This document shows positions 41,134-49,971 of a stretch of DNA of 64,000 nt, one piece after another (positions within the stretch are counted from its first letter, which is position 1; every line of letters begins with the position of its first letter). Location: the NCBI GenBank assembly GCA_965220255.1, contig OZ244816.1:369124-433123 (forward strand). Direction: 5' to 3'. The translations under genes were made by a program, and so were the position numbers. This DNA comes from Dehalococcoidia bacterium. Its GTDB lineage: Bacteria > Chloroflexota > Dehalococcoidia > Lucifugimonadales > VXLM01. The notes under the pieces were generated by a model, which saw only the letters and a program-made list of their open reading frames with translations, was not told the origin of the DNA and made no database searches.

Positions 41134-42854
41134 CGAAGGCGTTGCTCGCCACGCTCATCGTCCTGGCGCTGGGATGTGGAGGGGCTGATCCGGCGTCAAT
41201 TCGAAAAACCGAGCCGGCGAATAACGACAAGGTAACGAACCAAACACCAACCGCCAATTCACAAGACCCGATTCGCCCTCCGGCAAGCTGGCAGGTTCAG
41301 GCCGATGGCGGGCCGAGAGTGACCGAACTGACCCTGGGCCGCAAGCCGGACGGTCCGTGGAAGTTTCAACCACGTTACGACGACCCGGAATGGGATGCCT
41401 CTCTCCCAACCGATTGGTCCGCCGATCCCTTCGAAGACCTCAATTGGCAGCATCATCTCCATTCCTGGCGCTCAATGGAGTTTTGGCTGAATGAATTTCT
41501 CCGAACCAACGATGCTGATCTTCTCCGGCATCCTATAGATATAGTCCTTGACTGGCATCGATTCCACATTGAGGAGGGCAGGGTCAGCCACCTTCAGTGG
41601 TACGATGACGCGACCGGAGTACGCGCATCTCGGCTGGCCTTTCTCCTCGAGTTCATTCTGGAGGACGAAATCGAGGTCAGCGATGACAACCTCGCTCGGC
41701 TCATGACCTTGGCTGACCTGCATGTCGAGAAGCTCATGGACCCGGAGTTTCTCAGTTCCAACAATCACGGCCTCTTCCAAATGGTGGGGCTTGATGCGCT
41801 ATGCTCCGTCACGGGTTGGAGAGAGGCTTGTCGTGGAGCCGGAGAATACGCAAGGGATTCGTTCGTTAGATTGATAGGGACCTGGTATACCGAGGAGGGA
41901 GTAAACGTAGAGAGTTCGCCAACGTACCACTACTGGGTCACAGAGAAGATTCGCGAGTTGGGGGCCTCTGAGCGCTTCCGGCACCCTGATGTGCAGGAGA
42001 TACTTGAGGAGGCCGACGAAGTCTCCCCCTGGCTGACATATCCGGACGGGAGGTGGGTCCGCGTGGGGGACAGCCATGGCGAAGGCCCAAAGTTGACCGG
42101 CTCCGTCCCGTCTACGTGTCTTCCGGAAGGCGGAGGCTGTTGGGCGGTTCGAGACCTGAGCAAATCGGGCTATGCGCTTGTTCGATCATTGCCGGAGGTC
42201 GAGGCAAGCCGGTCGAGCATGTTGTTCGTCGGCGGGACTACGGCTCCAACGGGACACAAGCACGCCGATGACCTCGGATTCGTACTCATAGAGGGTGGTC
42301 AAGATATCTTCATCGACAGTGGAAGGTACGGTTACAACTATGATGCGGCCCGTAATTACGTGTTGAGTGCGCGGGCGCACAACATACCGAGCCTCGTGGA
42401 TAGGCGAATCGATCCCTACGTTATCGATCCCGAGAAGTCGCATCTGGGACCGCTCAGGGTGGAGGAAGGTCAATTCACCATCAGTGGCGTCGTCGACAGA
42501 CCGTGGCTGCTCGTCCACGAGCGAAAGCTGTCGTACATTCCAGGAGTGATGCTCAGGATAGAGGACAAGCTGGACAACCGAACCGAGTCCCGGTGGCAGT
42601 CCAACCTGCATCTTGCGCCTAGACTCATTCCCGAAATTAGCGAGGCGGGTTTCGTTGTCACTGCCGGTGAATTGACCGTGCAGGCGGAGTTTAGCGGTGA
42701 GGGCTGCAGTATATCCGCAGCCCGGGGAGAGACCGACCCATACCAGGGTTGGGTGTCGGTCGGATACTTGGAGCTTGCCCCGGCTTCGGTTGTCGTCGCG
42801 ACCTGTCCCGCCGACTTGGTAGAGAGCTCATGGCACATCACGTTCGAGCGCTGA
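41130..42854 (+). CDS. Secreted (possible lipoprotein) heparinase II/III-like / alginate-lyase-like protein
   Basis: 574 aa. Signal LLATLIVLALGCGG. C-terminal GHKHADDLGFVLIEGGQDIFIDSGRYGYNYD...ARAHN is typical of Hepar_II_III. The ATG overlaps the upstream stop (ATGA). Confidence 0.65.
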   Translation: MTKALLATLIVLALGCGGADPASIRKTEPANNDKVTNQTPTANSQDPIRPPASWQVQADGGPRVTELTLGRKPDGPWKFQPRYDDPEWDASLPTDWSADPFEDLNWQHHLHSWRSMEFWLNEFLRTNDADLLRHPIDIVLDWHRFHIEEGRVSHLQWYDDATGVRASRLAFLLEFILEDEIEVSDDNLARLMTLADLHVEKLMDPEFLSSNNHGLFQMVGLDALCSVTGWREACRGAGEYARDSFVRLIGTWYTEEGVNVESSPTYHYWVTEKIRELGASERFRHPDVQEILEEADEVSPWLTYPDGRWVRVGDSHGEGPKLTGSVPSTCLPEGGGCWAVRDLSKSGYALVRSLPEVEASRSSMLFVGGTTAPTGHKHADDLGFVLIEGGQDIFIDSGRYGYNYDAARNYVLSARAHNIPSLVDRRIDPYVIDPEKSHLGPLRVEEGQFTISGVVDRPWLLVHERKLSYIPGVMLRIEDKLDNRTESRWQSNLHLAPRLIPEISEAGFVVTAGELTVQAEFSGEGCSISAARGETDPYQGWVSVGYLELAPASVVVATCPADLVESSWHITFER

Positions 42855-42925
42855 CTTGCCAAACGTAGTAGGCTTACTCATAAGCTGGACTAATACCACG
42901 GAGTTGGCCGAGATAGCAGGCTGAT

Positions 42926-44041
42926 ATGCGCATATTGTCAGTCGTTGGGACACGTCCCGAAGCTGTGAAGATGGCAATGGTGGCGCGCACCCTCGCAGCA
43001 GCCGAGGGAATCGAGCATGAGCTGTGTGTCACAGCGCAGCATCGGGAAATGCTGGACTCGGTGCTGCGGCTGTTCGAGCTTGAACCTGACTATGACCTGA
43101 ATGTGATGACCCCTGGGCAGGACCTCACGGACGTCACAGGTGCGGTCTTGACCGGAATGCGAGACGTGCTCTCGGAGGTCAAGCCCGATCGAGTTCTCGT
43201 TCAGGGCGACACGACAACGGTCTTGGCAACCGCATTGGCCGCGTTCTACGCTAAGATTCCCGTCGGGCACGTGGAGGCAGGCCTGAGGACAGGCGACATG
43301 TCGGCCCCCTGGCCTGAGGAGATGAACCGTAGGCTGGCCGACGCACTCAGCGACCGCCACTACGCACCCACTGAGACGGCTCGCAAGAGACTACTGGAGG
43401 AAGGCCTGCCGGATTCCGGGATCGTGGTGACCGGCAATACGGTGATAGACGCGCTCCTGCACATCGTTGACCATCTGAAAAGCGACCCGGAGCTTGAACG
43501 TGAGGCGGAGGAACGCCTGCCCACACGGGACCGCGCGCATAAGCTCATTCTTGTTACCGGCCACAGACGTGAGAGCTTCGGCGTGGGCTTCGAGCAGATC
43601 TGCAGGGCAATCGCCCAGATTAGCAGACGAGACGACGTGGAGATAGTGTATCCGGTGCATCTGAATCCGAGAGTGCGTGAACCTGTGTTCCGCCATCTGG
43701 CCGATCTTCCCAATGTTCATCTGATAGAACCGCTAGACTATTTGGCATTCGTGCATCTGATGAATGAGGCGCACCTGATCGTGACGGACTCCGGAGGAAT
43801 TCAAGAGGAGGCCCCCTCGCTGGGGAAACCCGTGCTTGTGATGCGCGATACGACAGAGCGGCCGGAGGCAATTGCCGCAGGGACGGTGAAGTTGGTGGGT
43901 ACGGACGCTCAACGCATCACCTCGGAAGTTTCGCGGCTGTTGGATGAACCTGGCGTTTACACATCCATGGCGCGAATACACCATCCCTACGGCGACGGGC
44001 GAGCCAGTGAACGGATACTCAAGGACTTGACGGGTGGTTAA
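42926..44041 (+). CDS. wecB: UDP-N-acetylglucosamine 2-epimerase (non-hydrolysing)
   Basis: 371 aa. [17 protein letters not shown]..., [44 protein letters not shown]. Confidence 0.9.
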   Translation: MRILSVVGTRPEAVKMAMVARTLAAAEGIEHELCVTAQHREMLDSVLRLFELEPDYDLNVMTPGQDLTDVTGAVLTGMRDVLSEVKPDRVLVQGDTTTVLATALAAFYAKIPVGHVEAGLRTGDMSAPWPEEMNRRLADALSDRHYAPTETARKRLLEEGLPDSGIVVTGNTVIDALLHIVDHLKSDPELEREAEERLPTRDRAHKLILVTGHRRESFGVGFEQICRAIAQISRRDDVEIVYPVHLNPRVREPVFRHLADLPNVHLIEPLDYLAFVHLMNEAHLIVTDSGGIQEEAPSLGKPVLVMRDTTERPEAIAAGTVKLVGTDAQRITSEVSRLLDEPGVYTSMARIHHPYGDGRASERILKDLTGG

Positions 44042-45290
44042 GGGCTTGGAGCGAGTTTGTGTGGTGGGTCTCGGCTATGTGGGACTGCCTACCGCGGCGG
44101 TCTTGGCAAGTCGTGGAGTCGACGTGATCGGAGTCGATATCGACGGCGACCGCGTCGATGAGATCAATTCAGGACGGTCTCCATTTGAAGAGCCGGGTCT
44201 AGACTCCCTTGTCGATGGTTCAGTGGCAAACGGGACTCTGACAGCGCGCACCAATCCTGTCCCGGCCGATGCGTTTGTCGTGGCAGTTCCGACCCCTGTC
44301 AGGGAGGACCGGAGCCCTGATGTCAGCTATGTGCGCGCGGCGGTCGAAAGTGTGGCACCCACTCTGCGGAAGGGCAACCTCGTGGTCGTGGAGTCGACGT
44401 GTCCCGTCGGGACGACGGAGAAGGTCTGCGAGTGGCTGGCGACGGCGCGACCTGACCTGACGTTCCCTCACACCGTAGGCGAGACGAGCGACATCCGTGT
44501 GGCATACTGCGCCGAGCGCATTCTGCCGGGGAACGCCTTGAAAGAGCTGATCGAGAACGATCGTGTCATCGGCGGAGTGAGTTCGTCATGCGCGGAGGCG
44601 GCGAAGCGGCTGTACGAAACGTTCGTCGAAGGGGTCTGCAGGGTTACGGACGTGCGCACGGCCGAACTGTCGAAGCTTACCGAGAACGCCTTCCGAGACG
44701 TCAATATTGCGTTCGCCAACGAGATGTCGATGGTCTGCGAGGCCCTGGGCATTGATCCATGGGAGATGATAGCGCTGGCAAACAGGCATCCCAGGGTTGA
44801 TATCCTCAACCCAGGACCCGGCGTCGGGGGACACTGCATACCGGTTGACCCCTGGTTCATCGCCAGCGCTGCGCCCGACCTCACGCCTATGATCCAAACC
44901 GCGCGACGGGTAAACGATGAAATGCCGAAGGTAATCGCGGACAGGGTGATTGCCGAGTGTGAAGGTCTTGGCAGTCCCATTGTCGTGTGCCTGGGACTGG
45001 CCTATAAGGCGGATGCGTCAGACATGCGGGAGAGTCCGTCCATTGAAGTCGTCAAACAATTGCAGGGGAATCTCAGGGGAAGACTACTGGTCGTCGAGCC
45101 GTTTGTTTCCGAGCTGCCTCAGGAGCTGCGAGGCGACGGGAAGACCGTGCTGGTCGGACTTGACGAAGGGATTGCGGAAGCGGACGTAGTGGTGCTGCTC
45201 ACGAATCACAGCGCCTTTTCGGACATAGACAGAGAGCTGCTTTCGTCGAAGGTGGTGGACTCGCGTGGACTTTGGAAGCGCATCGGCTGA
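44034..45290 (+). CDS. wecC: UDP-N-acetyl-D-mannosamine dehydrogenase (UDP-ManNAcA-forming)
   Basis: 418 aa, GTG start overlapping wecB by 8 nt. [12 protein letters not shown] Rossmann, catalytic-Cys context [28 protein letters not shown]. Confidence 0.85.
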   Translation: MVKGLERVCVVGLGYVGLPTAAVLASRGVDVIGVDIDGDRVDEINSGRSPFEEPGLDSLVDGSVANGTLTARTNPVPADAFVVAVPTPVREDRSPDVSYVRAAVESVAPTLRKGNLVVVESTCPVGTTEKVCEWLATARPDLTFPHTVGETSDIRVAYCAERILPGNALKELIENDRVIGGVSSSCAEAAKRLYETFVEGVCRVTDVRTAELSKLTENAFRDVNIAFANEMSMVCEALGIDPWEMIALANRHPRVDILNPGPGVGGHCIPVDPWFIASAAPDLTPMIQTARRVNDEMPKVIADRVIAECEGLGSPIVVCLGLAYKADASDMRESPSIEVVKQLQGNLRGRLLVVEPFVSELPQELRGDGKTVLVGLDEGIAEADVVVLLTNHSAFSDIDRELLSSKVVDSRGLWKRIG

Positions 45291-45347
45291 AAACACCGGT
45301 CGGCGCCCACGATCAAGAGCCGGCGCCAGGGGTGGAACGCAAGTGAG

Positions 45348-46592
45348 ATGAAAATTCTCGTACTCACCCAGAACTTTCCGCCTGAGGTTGGAGCAACTGC
45401 CGCCCGCCTGCACAGAATGACGAAGAGTCTGGCCGAGCGGGGGCACCAAGTCACCGTCATCACGGCAATGCCGAACTACCCAACCGGACGGGTCTTCGAC
45501 GGATATCGCGGCAAGGTCAGGTCTGTTGAGGAGACCGATGGCGTCAGAGTAGTCCGTACGTGGTCGTTTCCGTCCAAGTCATCGAACTCACTCCTGAGAT
45601 TGATAGGCTACGCATCGTTCGCGCTGTCAAGTCTCCTGCTGGGAATGAGGGGCCTTGGACGTCAGGATATCGTCCTCTTCGACACTCCTCCCCTACCACT
45701 TGTTCCCACCGGACTTGTATTGGGACGTGTTACCGGCGCCCGGGTGGTCATGAACGTCTCCGATATCTGGCCTGAGATGGCAGTGCAGCTGGGATATCAA
45801 GTAGGAAGGCTCTCGATGTGGGCGCTGAAACGGCTGGAGCGTCTCGGCTACGAGAAGTCGGATGTCGTTACAACGACTACAAGTGCGGCCAAAGAGAAGA
45901 TCAGCCGGCGATTTCCCCATGTTCGCACTGCGGTTATCAGCAACGGCACAGACCTTAGGATGTTCAACCCTTCGCTCAGGAACCAAGAAGTCCGTGATTC
46001 GCTGGACGCTCAGGCGGAAGACTTTCTGGTCGGCTACATCGGCCTGCACGGACTGTTTCAGGGCCTGGAGGTCGTCGTGGAGGCGGCAGACAGGCTACGC
46101 GGGCACAAGGCGATCAAGTTCGTCATGATCGGAGACGGCCCCCGTAAAGATGCGCTCAGAGACCTCGCAGAGCGCAAGAACCTCGACAATCTTCAATTCC
46201 TTGACCTCGTGGACAGGGAGAGAATTCCTTCGATACTCGCCTCGTGTGATGCGGCACTTGTCCCGCTTGCGGCGGAGTTTCCCAGTACGATTCCCTCGAA
46301 GGTCTATGAGATTATGGCATCGGGAGTGCCGGTGGTTATCAGCACGGGTTGCGAGGGCGCCGGAATAGTGGAAGAAGGCAAGGCGGGGCTGACATTTCGT
46401 CCGGGTAATGCCATAGAACTTGCGGAGGCCCTAACTTATCTGGAGGCAAACAAGGAAGAGACTGCTCTCATGAGAAAGAATTGTCGAAAACTCGCCTCCC
46501 ATTTCGACTATGACCGAATTGCCGAGCAGACCGAGTCTTTCCTGCTGGCGATCGCGAACGGGACAGCCAGTCCCTTGAATAAGGGAAAGTAA
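45348..46592 (+). CDS. GT4-family glycosyltransferase (WcaI/WbuB-like)
   Basis: 414 aa. MKILVLTQNFPPEVGATAARL...; C-terminal E-x7-E-like context PSKVYEIMASGVPVV. Confidence 0.8.
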   Translation: MKILVLTQNFPPEVGATAARLHRMTKSLAERGHQVTVITAMPNYPTGRVFDGYRGKVRSVEETDGVRVVRTWSFPSKSSNSLLRLIGYASFALSSLLLGMRGLGRQDIVLFDTPPLPLVPTGLVLGRVTGARVVMNVSDIWPEMAVQLGYQVGRLSMWALKRLERLGYEKSDVVTTTTSAAKEKISRRFPHVRTAVISNGTDLRMFNPSLRNQEVRDSLDAQAEDFLVGYIGLHGLFQGLEVVVEAADRLRGHKAIKFVMIGDGPRKDALRDLAERKNLDNLQFLDLVDRERIPSILASCDAALVPLAAEFPSTIPSKVYEIMASGVPVVISTGCEGAGIVEEGKAGLTFRPGNAIELAEALTYLEANKEETALMRKNCRKLASHFDYDRIAEQTESFLLAIANGTASPLNKGK

Positions 46593-46731
46593 TCATCGGA
46601 GAAGCTGTGGGGGATTTCGGCCAAATTTCGGAAAATGGATAGACTTTGACACAACAAAAGGCATGTGCGATAGTATGGCCACTTGAGTGTGCGAAGGTAC
46701 GAAGCCAAGACACGTTAGGAGGCAGTTCAAA

Positions 46732-47295
46732 ATGGAATCTGTATTTCTGATTCTCATTGGGGCGGCGTTGTTTTCTCAGTCCTGGCACGTCATGGGGCTG
46801 TACCCGGACGGCAGGACTGTGGGGATCTTCGTTGGCGGACTTGGAGTCCTGTCGCTTGCGGCTGCCATCGTGCTTGATCCGATGCTGCTGACCGGTTCGG
46901 GCGACAAGGCGATTTCAGCGGCCAACCATATGGCCGAGGTCACGGCTACGAAGGTCCTTATCGCCGTGTGGGGGCTCTACTGCATAGGAGTTGCCGCGCA
47001 GTCGCTCTGGGATCTTGAGGAGCGGGCGGTGGGCTTTTTCAGCTTGATCGTAACGGTCGTGACTGCTGTCGTCTTCCTCTACTACGCCGGAGTCCTGGAA
47101 CCTCGGTACGGGGAGAACATTTGGCTCGGTCTCTCCGCTGCCTCGCTGCTTCTGACGATCATTTCCGCAGTGGTGTTCTTTGCGCTGGGGTTCACGTTCA
47201 ACGTCATGCGGGCCGTCGCGGGATGGACCCTGCTGCTATGCGGGGGAACCGTCGGGATTATTGGCTTGGCTGTCGCCGTTCGCGCGATTGCTTAG
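46732..47295 (+). CDS. AmiS/UreI-family-like channel protein (6 TM)
   Basis: 187 aa from ATG 46732, preceded by AGGAGG. The N-terminal pattern FLILIGAALFSQSWHVMGLYPDGRTVGIFVGGLGVL resembles the UreI/AmiS LLYVG..L..NG...L......A..NFFVGGL. This is recalled similarity only. Confidence 0.5.
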   Translation: MESVFLILIGAALFSQSWHVMGLYPDGRTVGIFVGGLGVLSLAAAIVLDPMLLTGSGDKAISAANHMAEVTATKVLIAVWGLYCIGVAAQSLWDLEERAVGFFSLIVTVVTAVVFLYYAGVLEPRYGENIWLGLSAASLLLTIISAVVFFALGFTFNVMRAVAGWTLLLCGGTVGIIGLAVAVRAIA

Positions 47296-47358
47296 AACAG
47301 CCGGGCGCCGGAGTGAGTATCTGAAGGTGGGGGAGCCCTTGGAGACGATCCCAAGGGG

Positions 47359-49365
47359 ATGATCGCTATGCCCGACAGCATCATGTCGATTGAGGAAATC
47401 CTGGCCGCGAGCGAGCGGGAGGCGTCTCTCTACGACTGGAAGGGAACCTTCGCCGACTACCTTGCCATGGTCGTGGAGAACCCTTCCTTAGTGAAGCTCT
47501 CTCATGCTCGCGTCCGCGACGCCATCCTCGCACAGAAGGTGGATACGTTACCTACGGGGGAGCCGGTCTATAGGCTGTTTGAACAGGACATCTTCGGCCT
47601 CGATGATGTGCTCAAACAAATTGTCGAGTACTTCGAGGCGGCGGCAAAGGGCGAGGAGACGAGGAAGCGTATTCTCCTGCTTCTCGGCCCCCCGGCTAGC
47701 GGCAAGTCGACTATCGTTGCCCTCATCAAGAAGGCGTTGGAGGACTACACCCGCACCGACGAAGGGGCCGTCTACGCCATCGCGGGCTGTCCCATGCAGG
47801 AGGAGCCGCTCCACCTGATACCGCACTCGCTGCGGCCCGTTCTAGAGGAGCAGTATGGTATCGAGATCGAGGGGGAACTGAACCCCAGAAACCGCTATTT
47901 GCTCAGGACGAAGCACAACGGGAACATCGCCGATGTGCCCGTGGAACGCGTCGTGTTTTCCGAGCATGAGGCGGTGGGAATCGGGTACTACGTGGCAACG
48001 AACCCGAACGCCGACTCTTCTCTCCTCGTCGGAAGCATCGACACCGATCGCCTTGACGGAGACCGCACCGAAGTAGCGGGAAAAGCGTTCCGCATGGACG
48101 GCGAGTTCAACGTGGCGAACCGCGGCATGATCGAGATGGTAGAGATATTCAAGGCCGACAAGCACCTGCTCACGACCCTGTTGGGACTGGCCCAAGAACA
48201 GGTCATAAAGATGGAGAAGTTCGGCTCGATCTACTCCGATCAGGCCATCATCGGCCACTCCAACGAGGGCGACTTCAACACGTTCGCCCTCGACGAGCAC
48301 TCGGAGGCGCTCAAGGACCGCATCATCGCCATTCACGTACCCTACAACTTGCGCGTCAGCGAGGAAGTGAAGATATATGGCAAGATCACCACGAGGAGCG
48401 AAGAGGCGGATGTCTGCATTGCGCCTCTCACATTGCAAGTCGCCAGCACGTTCGCCGTCCTCTCTCGGCTCGACCAGCCCACCCGCCAGGGTATGACGCT
48501 GCTGGACAAGATGCGTCTCTACGATGGGCGGATGGTGGGGTCGTACTCGCGCCAGGACGCGGTCGAGATGAGACGGCATCATGCCGACGAAGGGATGAAC
48601 GGAATATCGCCTCGATACGTTATGAACCGCATCGCCGCCGTCGCCAGCACTCCCGGCGTCAAGTGTGTGACTCCGCTGGCGGTACTCGAGAGCCTGTGGC
48701 AAGGCATGAGCGAGAACGTCAGTCTTGATCAGGCAGGCAGGACGGCCTTCATAGGTCTGGTAAGCGATACCGTCAGCGAGTACAACGAATTGGCCGTCAC
48801 CGACGTCCAGCGAGCGTTCGACGAGTCGTTCGACGAGACTGCGGCGATCCTGCTGGCCGGCTACCTCAAAAGCGCGCGGGCCTACTGCTCCGGTAAAGAA
48901 CCGGATGACGACGATGTGGGGTTCGACGAACGCGACATGCAGGAAATCGAGCGTCCCATCAACGTTCGAGAGAAAGATAAGAAGGCCTTCCGCAAGGAGA
49001 TTGACCGTCTGGCATTCTTGTTCGAAAAGCGTGGCCGCAGGTTCGACTACGCGACCGAGCCGAGGCTCAAGGCGGCAATCGAATCTCGCCTCTTCCCGTC
49101 GACCCGCGAACTGCAGCGAGGCCTCACCAGGCCTCGATTCGCTCGTCAACGCGCCGAGTGGTCGCAGCGGCGTATCTCCATCGTCAAGCGCCTGATCGAT
49201 AAATATGGCTACTGTGCCGTCTGCGCCGAAGACCTCCTACAATACGTGACCGAGTTGCTTCAGAAGAAGACAATGTTCAGGACACCCAAGAACGAGGGGG
49301 TCGAGTGGCAGTGGGACCTCTACCCGACGAGCGCGACCCTGGTCCCGCCGTCCGAGGAGAGCTAA
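47359..49365 (+). CDS. prkA: PrkA-family serine protein kinase / AAA+ ATPase (YeaG-like)
   Basis: 668 aa. WKGTFADYLAMVVENP (compare B. subtilis PrkA WEGTFADYLEIIKENP). Walker A LLLGPPASGKST. FGLDDVLKQIVEYF. Confidence 0.85.
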   Translation: MIAMPDSIMSIEEILAASEREASLYDWKGTFADYLAMVVENPSLVKLSHARVRDAILAQKVDTLPTGEPVYRLFEQDIFGLDDVLKQIVEYFEAAAKGEETRKRILLLLGPPASGKSTIVALIKKALEDYTRTDEGAVYAIAGCPMQEEPLHLIPHSLRPVLEEQYGIEIEGELNPRNRYLLRTKHNGNIADVPVERVVFSEHEAVGIGYYVATNPNADSSLLVGSIDTDRLDGDRTEVAGKAFRMDGEFNVANRGMIEMVEIFKADKHLLTTLLGLAQEQVIKMEKFGSIYSDQAIIGHSNEGDFNTFALDEHSEALKDRIIAIHVPYNLRVSEEVKIYGKITTRSEEADVCIAPLTLQVASTFAVLSRLDQPTRQGMTLLDKMRLYDGRMVGSYSRQDAVEMRRHHADEGMNGISPRYVMNRIAAVASTPGVKCVTPLAVLESLWQGMSENVSLDQAGRTAFIGLVSDTVSEYNELAVTDVQRAFDESFDETAAILLAGYLKSARAYCSGKEPDDDDVGFDERDMQEIERPINVREKDKKAFRKEIDRLAFLFEKRGRRFDYATEPRLKAAIESRLFPSTRELQRGLTRPRFARQRAEWSQRRISIVKRLIDKYGYCAVCAEDLLQYVTELLQKKTMFRTPKNEGVEWQWDLYPTSATLVPPSEES

Positions 49366-49460
49366 TCGCATCAAGTGACCGGACAGGCGCCCGCCCATTG
49401 GGCCGGGTGACCGGGACCGGGACATACCGAACAATCCGTTCTGCTTAGGAGAAGACATCC

Positions 49461-49934
49461 ATGAGCGTACATCTCGAATCCGGCGACAAGGCCCCATCCT
49501 TTTCCCTTCCCTCATCCAGTGGCGGAACCGTCTCGCTGGACGCGCTGCAGGGTAAGAAGGTGGTGCTGTATTTCTATCCCAAGGACGACACGCCGGGCTG
49601 TACCAAGGAGGCCTGCGGGTTCCGCGACAGCAAGGACGACCTGGACGCGGAGGACCTCGTCGTGTTGGGAGTCAGCGCCGACGACCTCGACTCTCACCAG
49701 CAGTTCATCGATAAGTTCCACCTGAATTTCCCACTTCTTGCCGATGTCGATCGAACGTGCATCGACGCTTATGGCGTGTGGGGAGAAAAGGAACTGCGCG
49801 GCCAACGTATGGTAGGCATAATCCGAAAGACCTTCCTCATCGACGAGGAGGGCACGATCATGAAGGCCTGGCACGAGGTCCAGCCTGAGGGCCACGCCCA
49901 GGAAATACTACAAGTCGTTCAAGGCGGAGCGTAG
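49461..49934 (+). CDS. bcp: Thiol peroxidase Bcp (peroxiredoxin Q type)
   Basis: 157 aa. VVLYFYPKDDTPGCTKEAC active-site motif. Confidence 0.9.
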   Translation: MSVHLESGDKAPSFSLPSSSGGTVSLDALQGKKVVLYFYPKDDTPGCTKEACGFRDSKDDLDAEDLVVLGVSADDLDSHQQFIDKFHLNFPLLADVDRTCIDAYGVWGEKELRGQRMVGIIRKTFLIDEEGTIMKAWHEVQPEGHAQEILQVVQGGA

Positions 49935-49971
49935 CCCGGCGGCCGGCCGCGCCGCAACTTTCGTCTGGACC

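Noticed and set aside
47842-49149. 435-aa minus-strand ORF overlapping prkA
   Set aside because: Antisense to prkA, with no motif. High-GC artefact.
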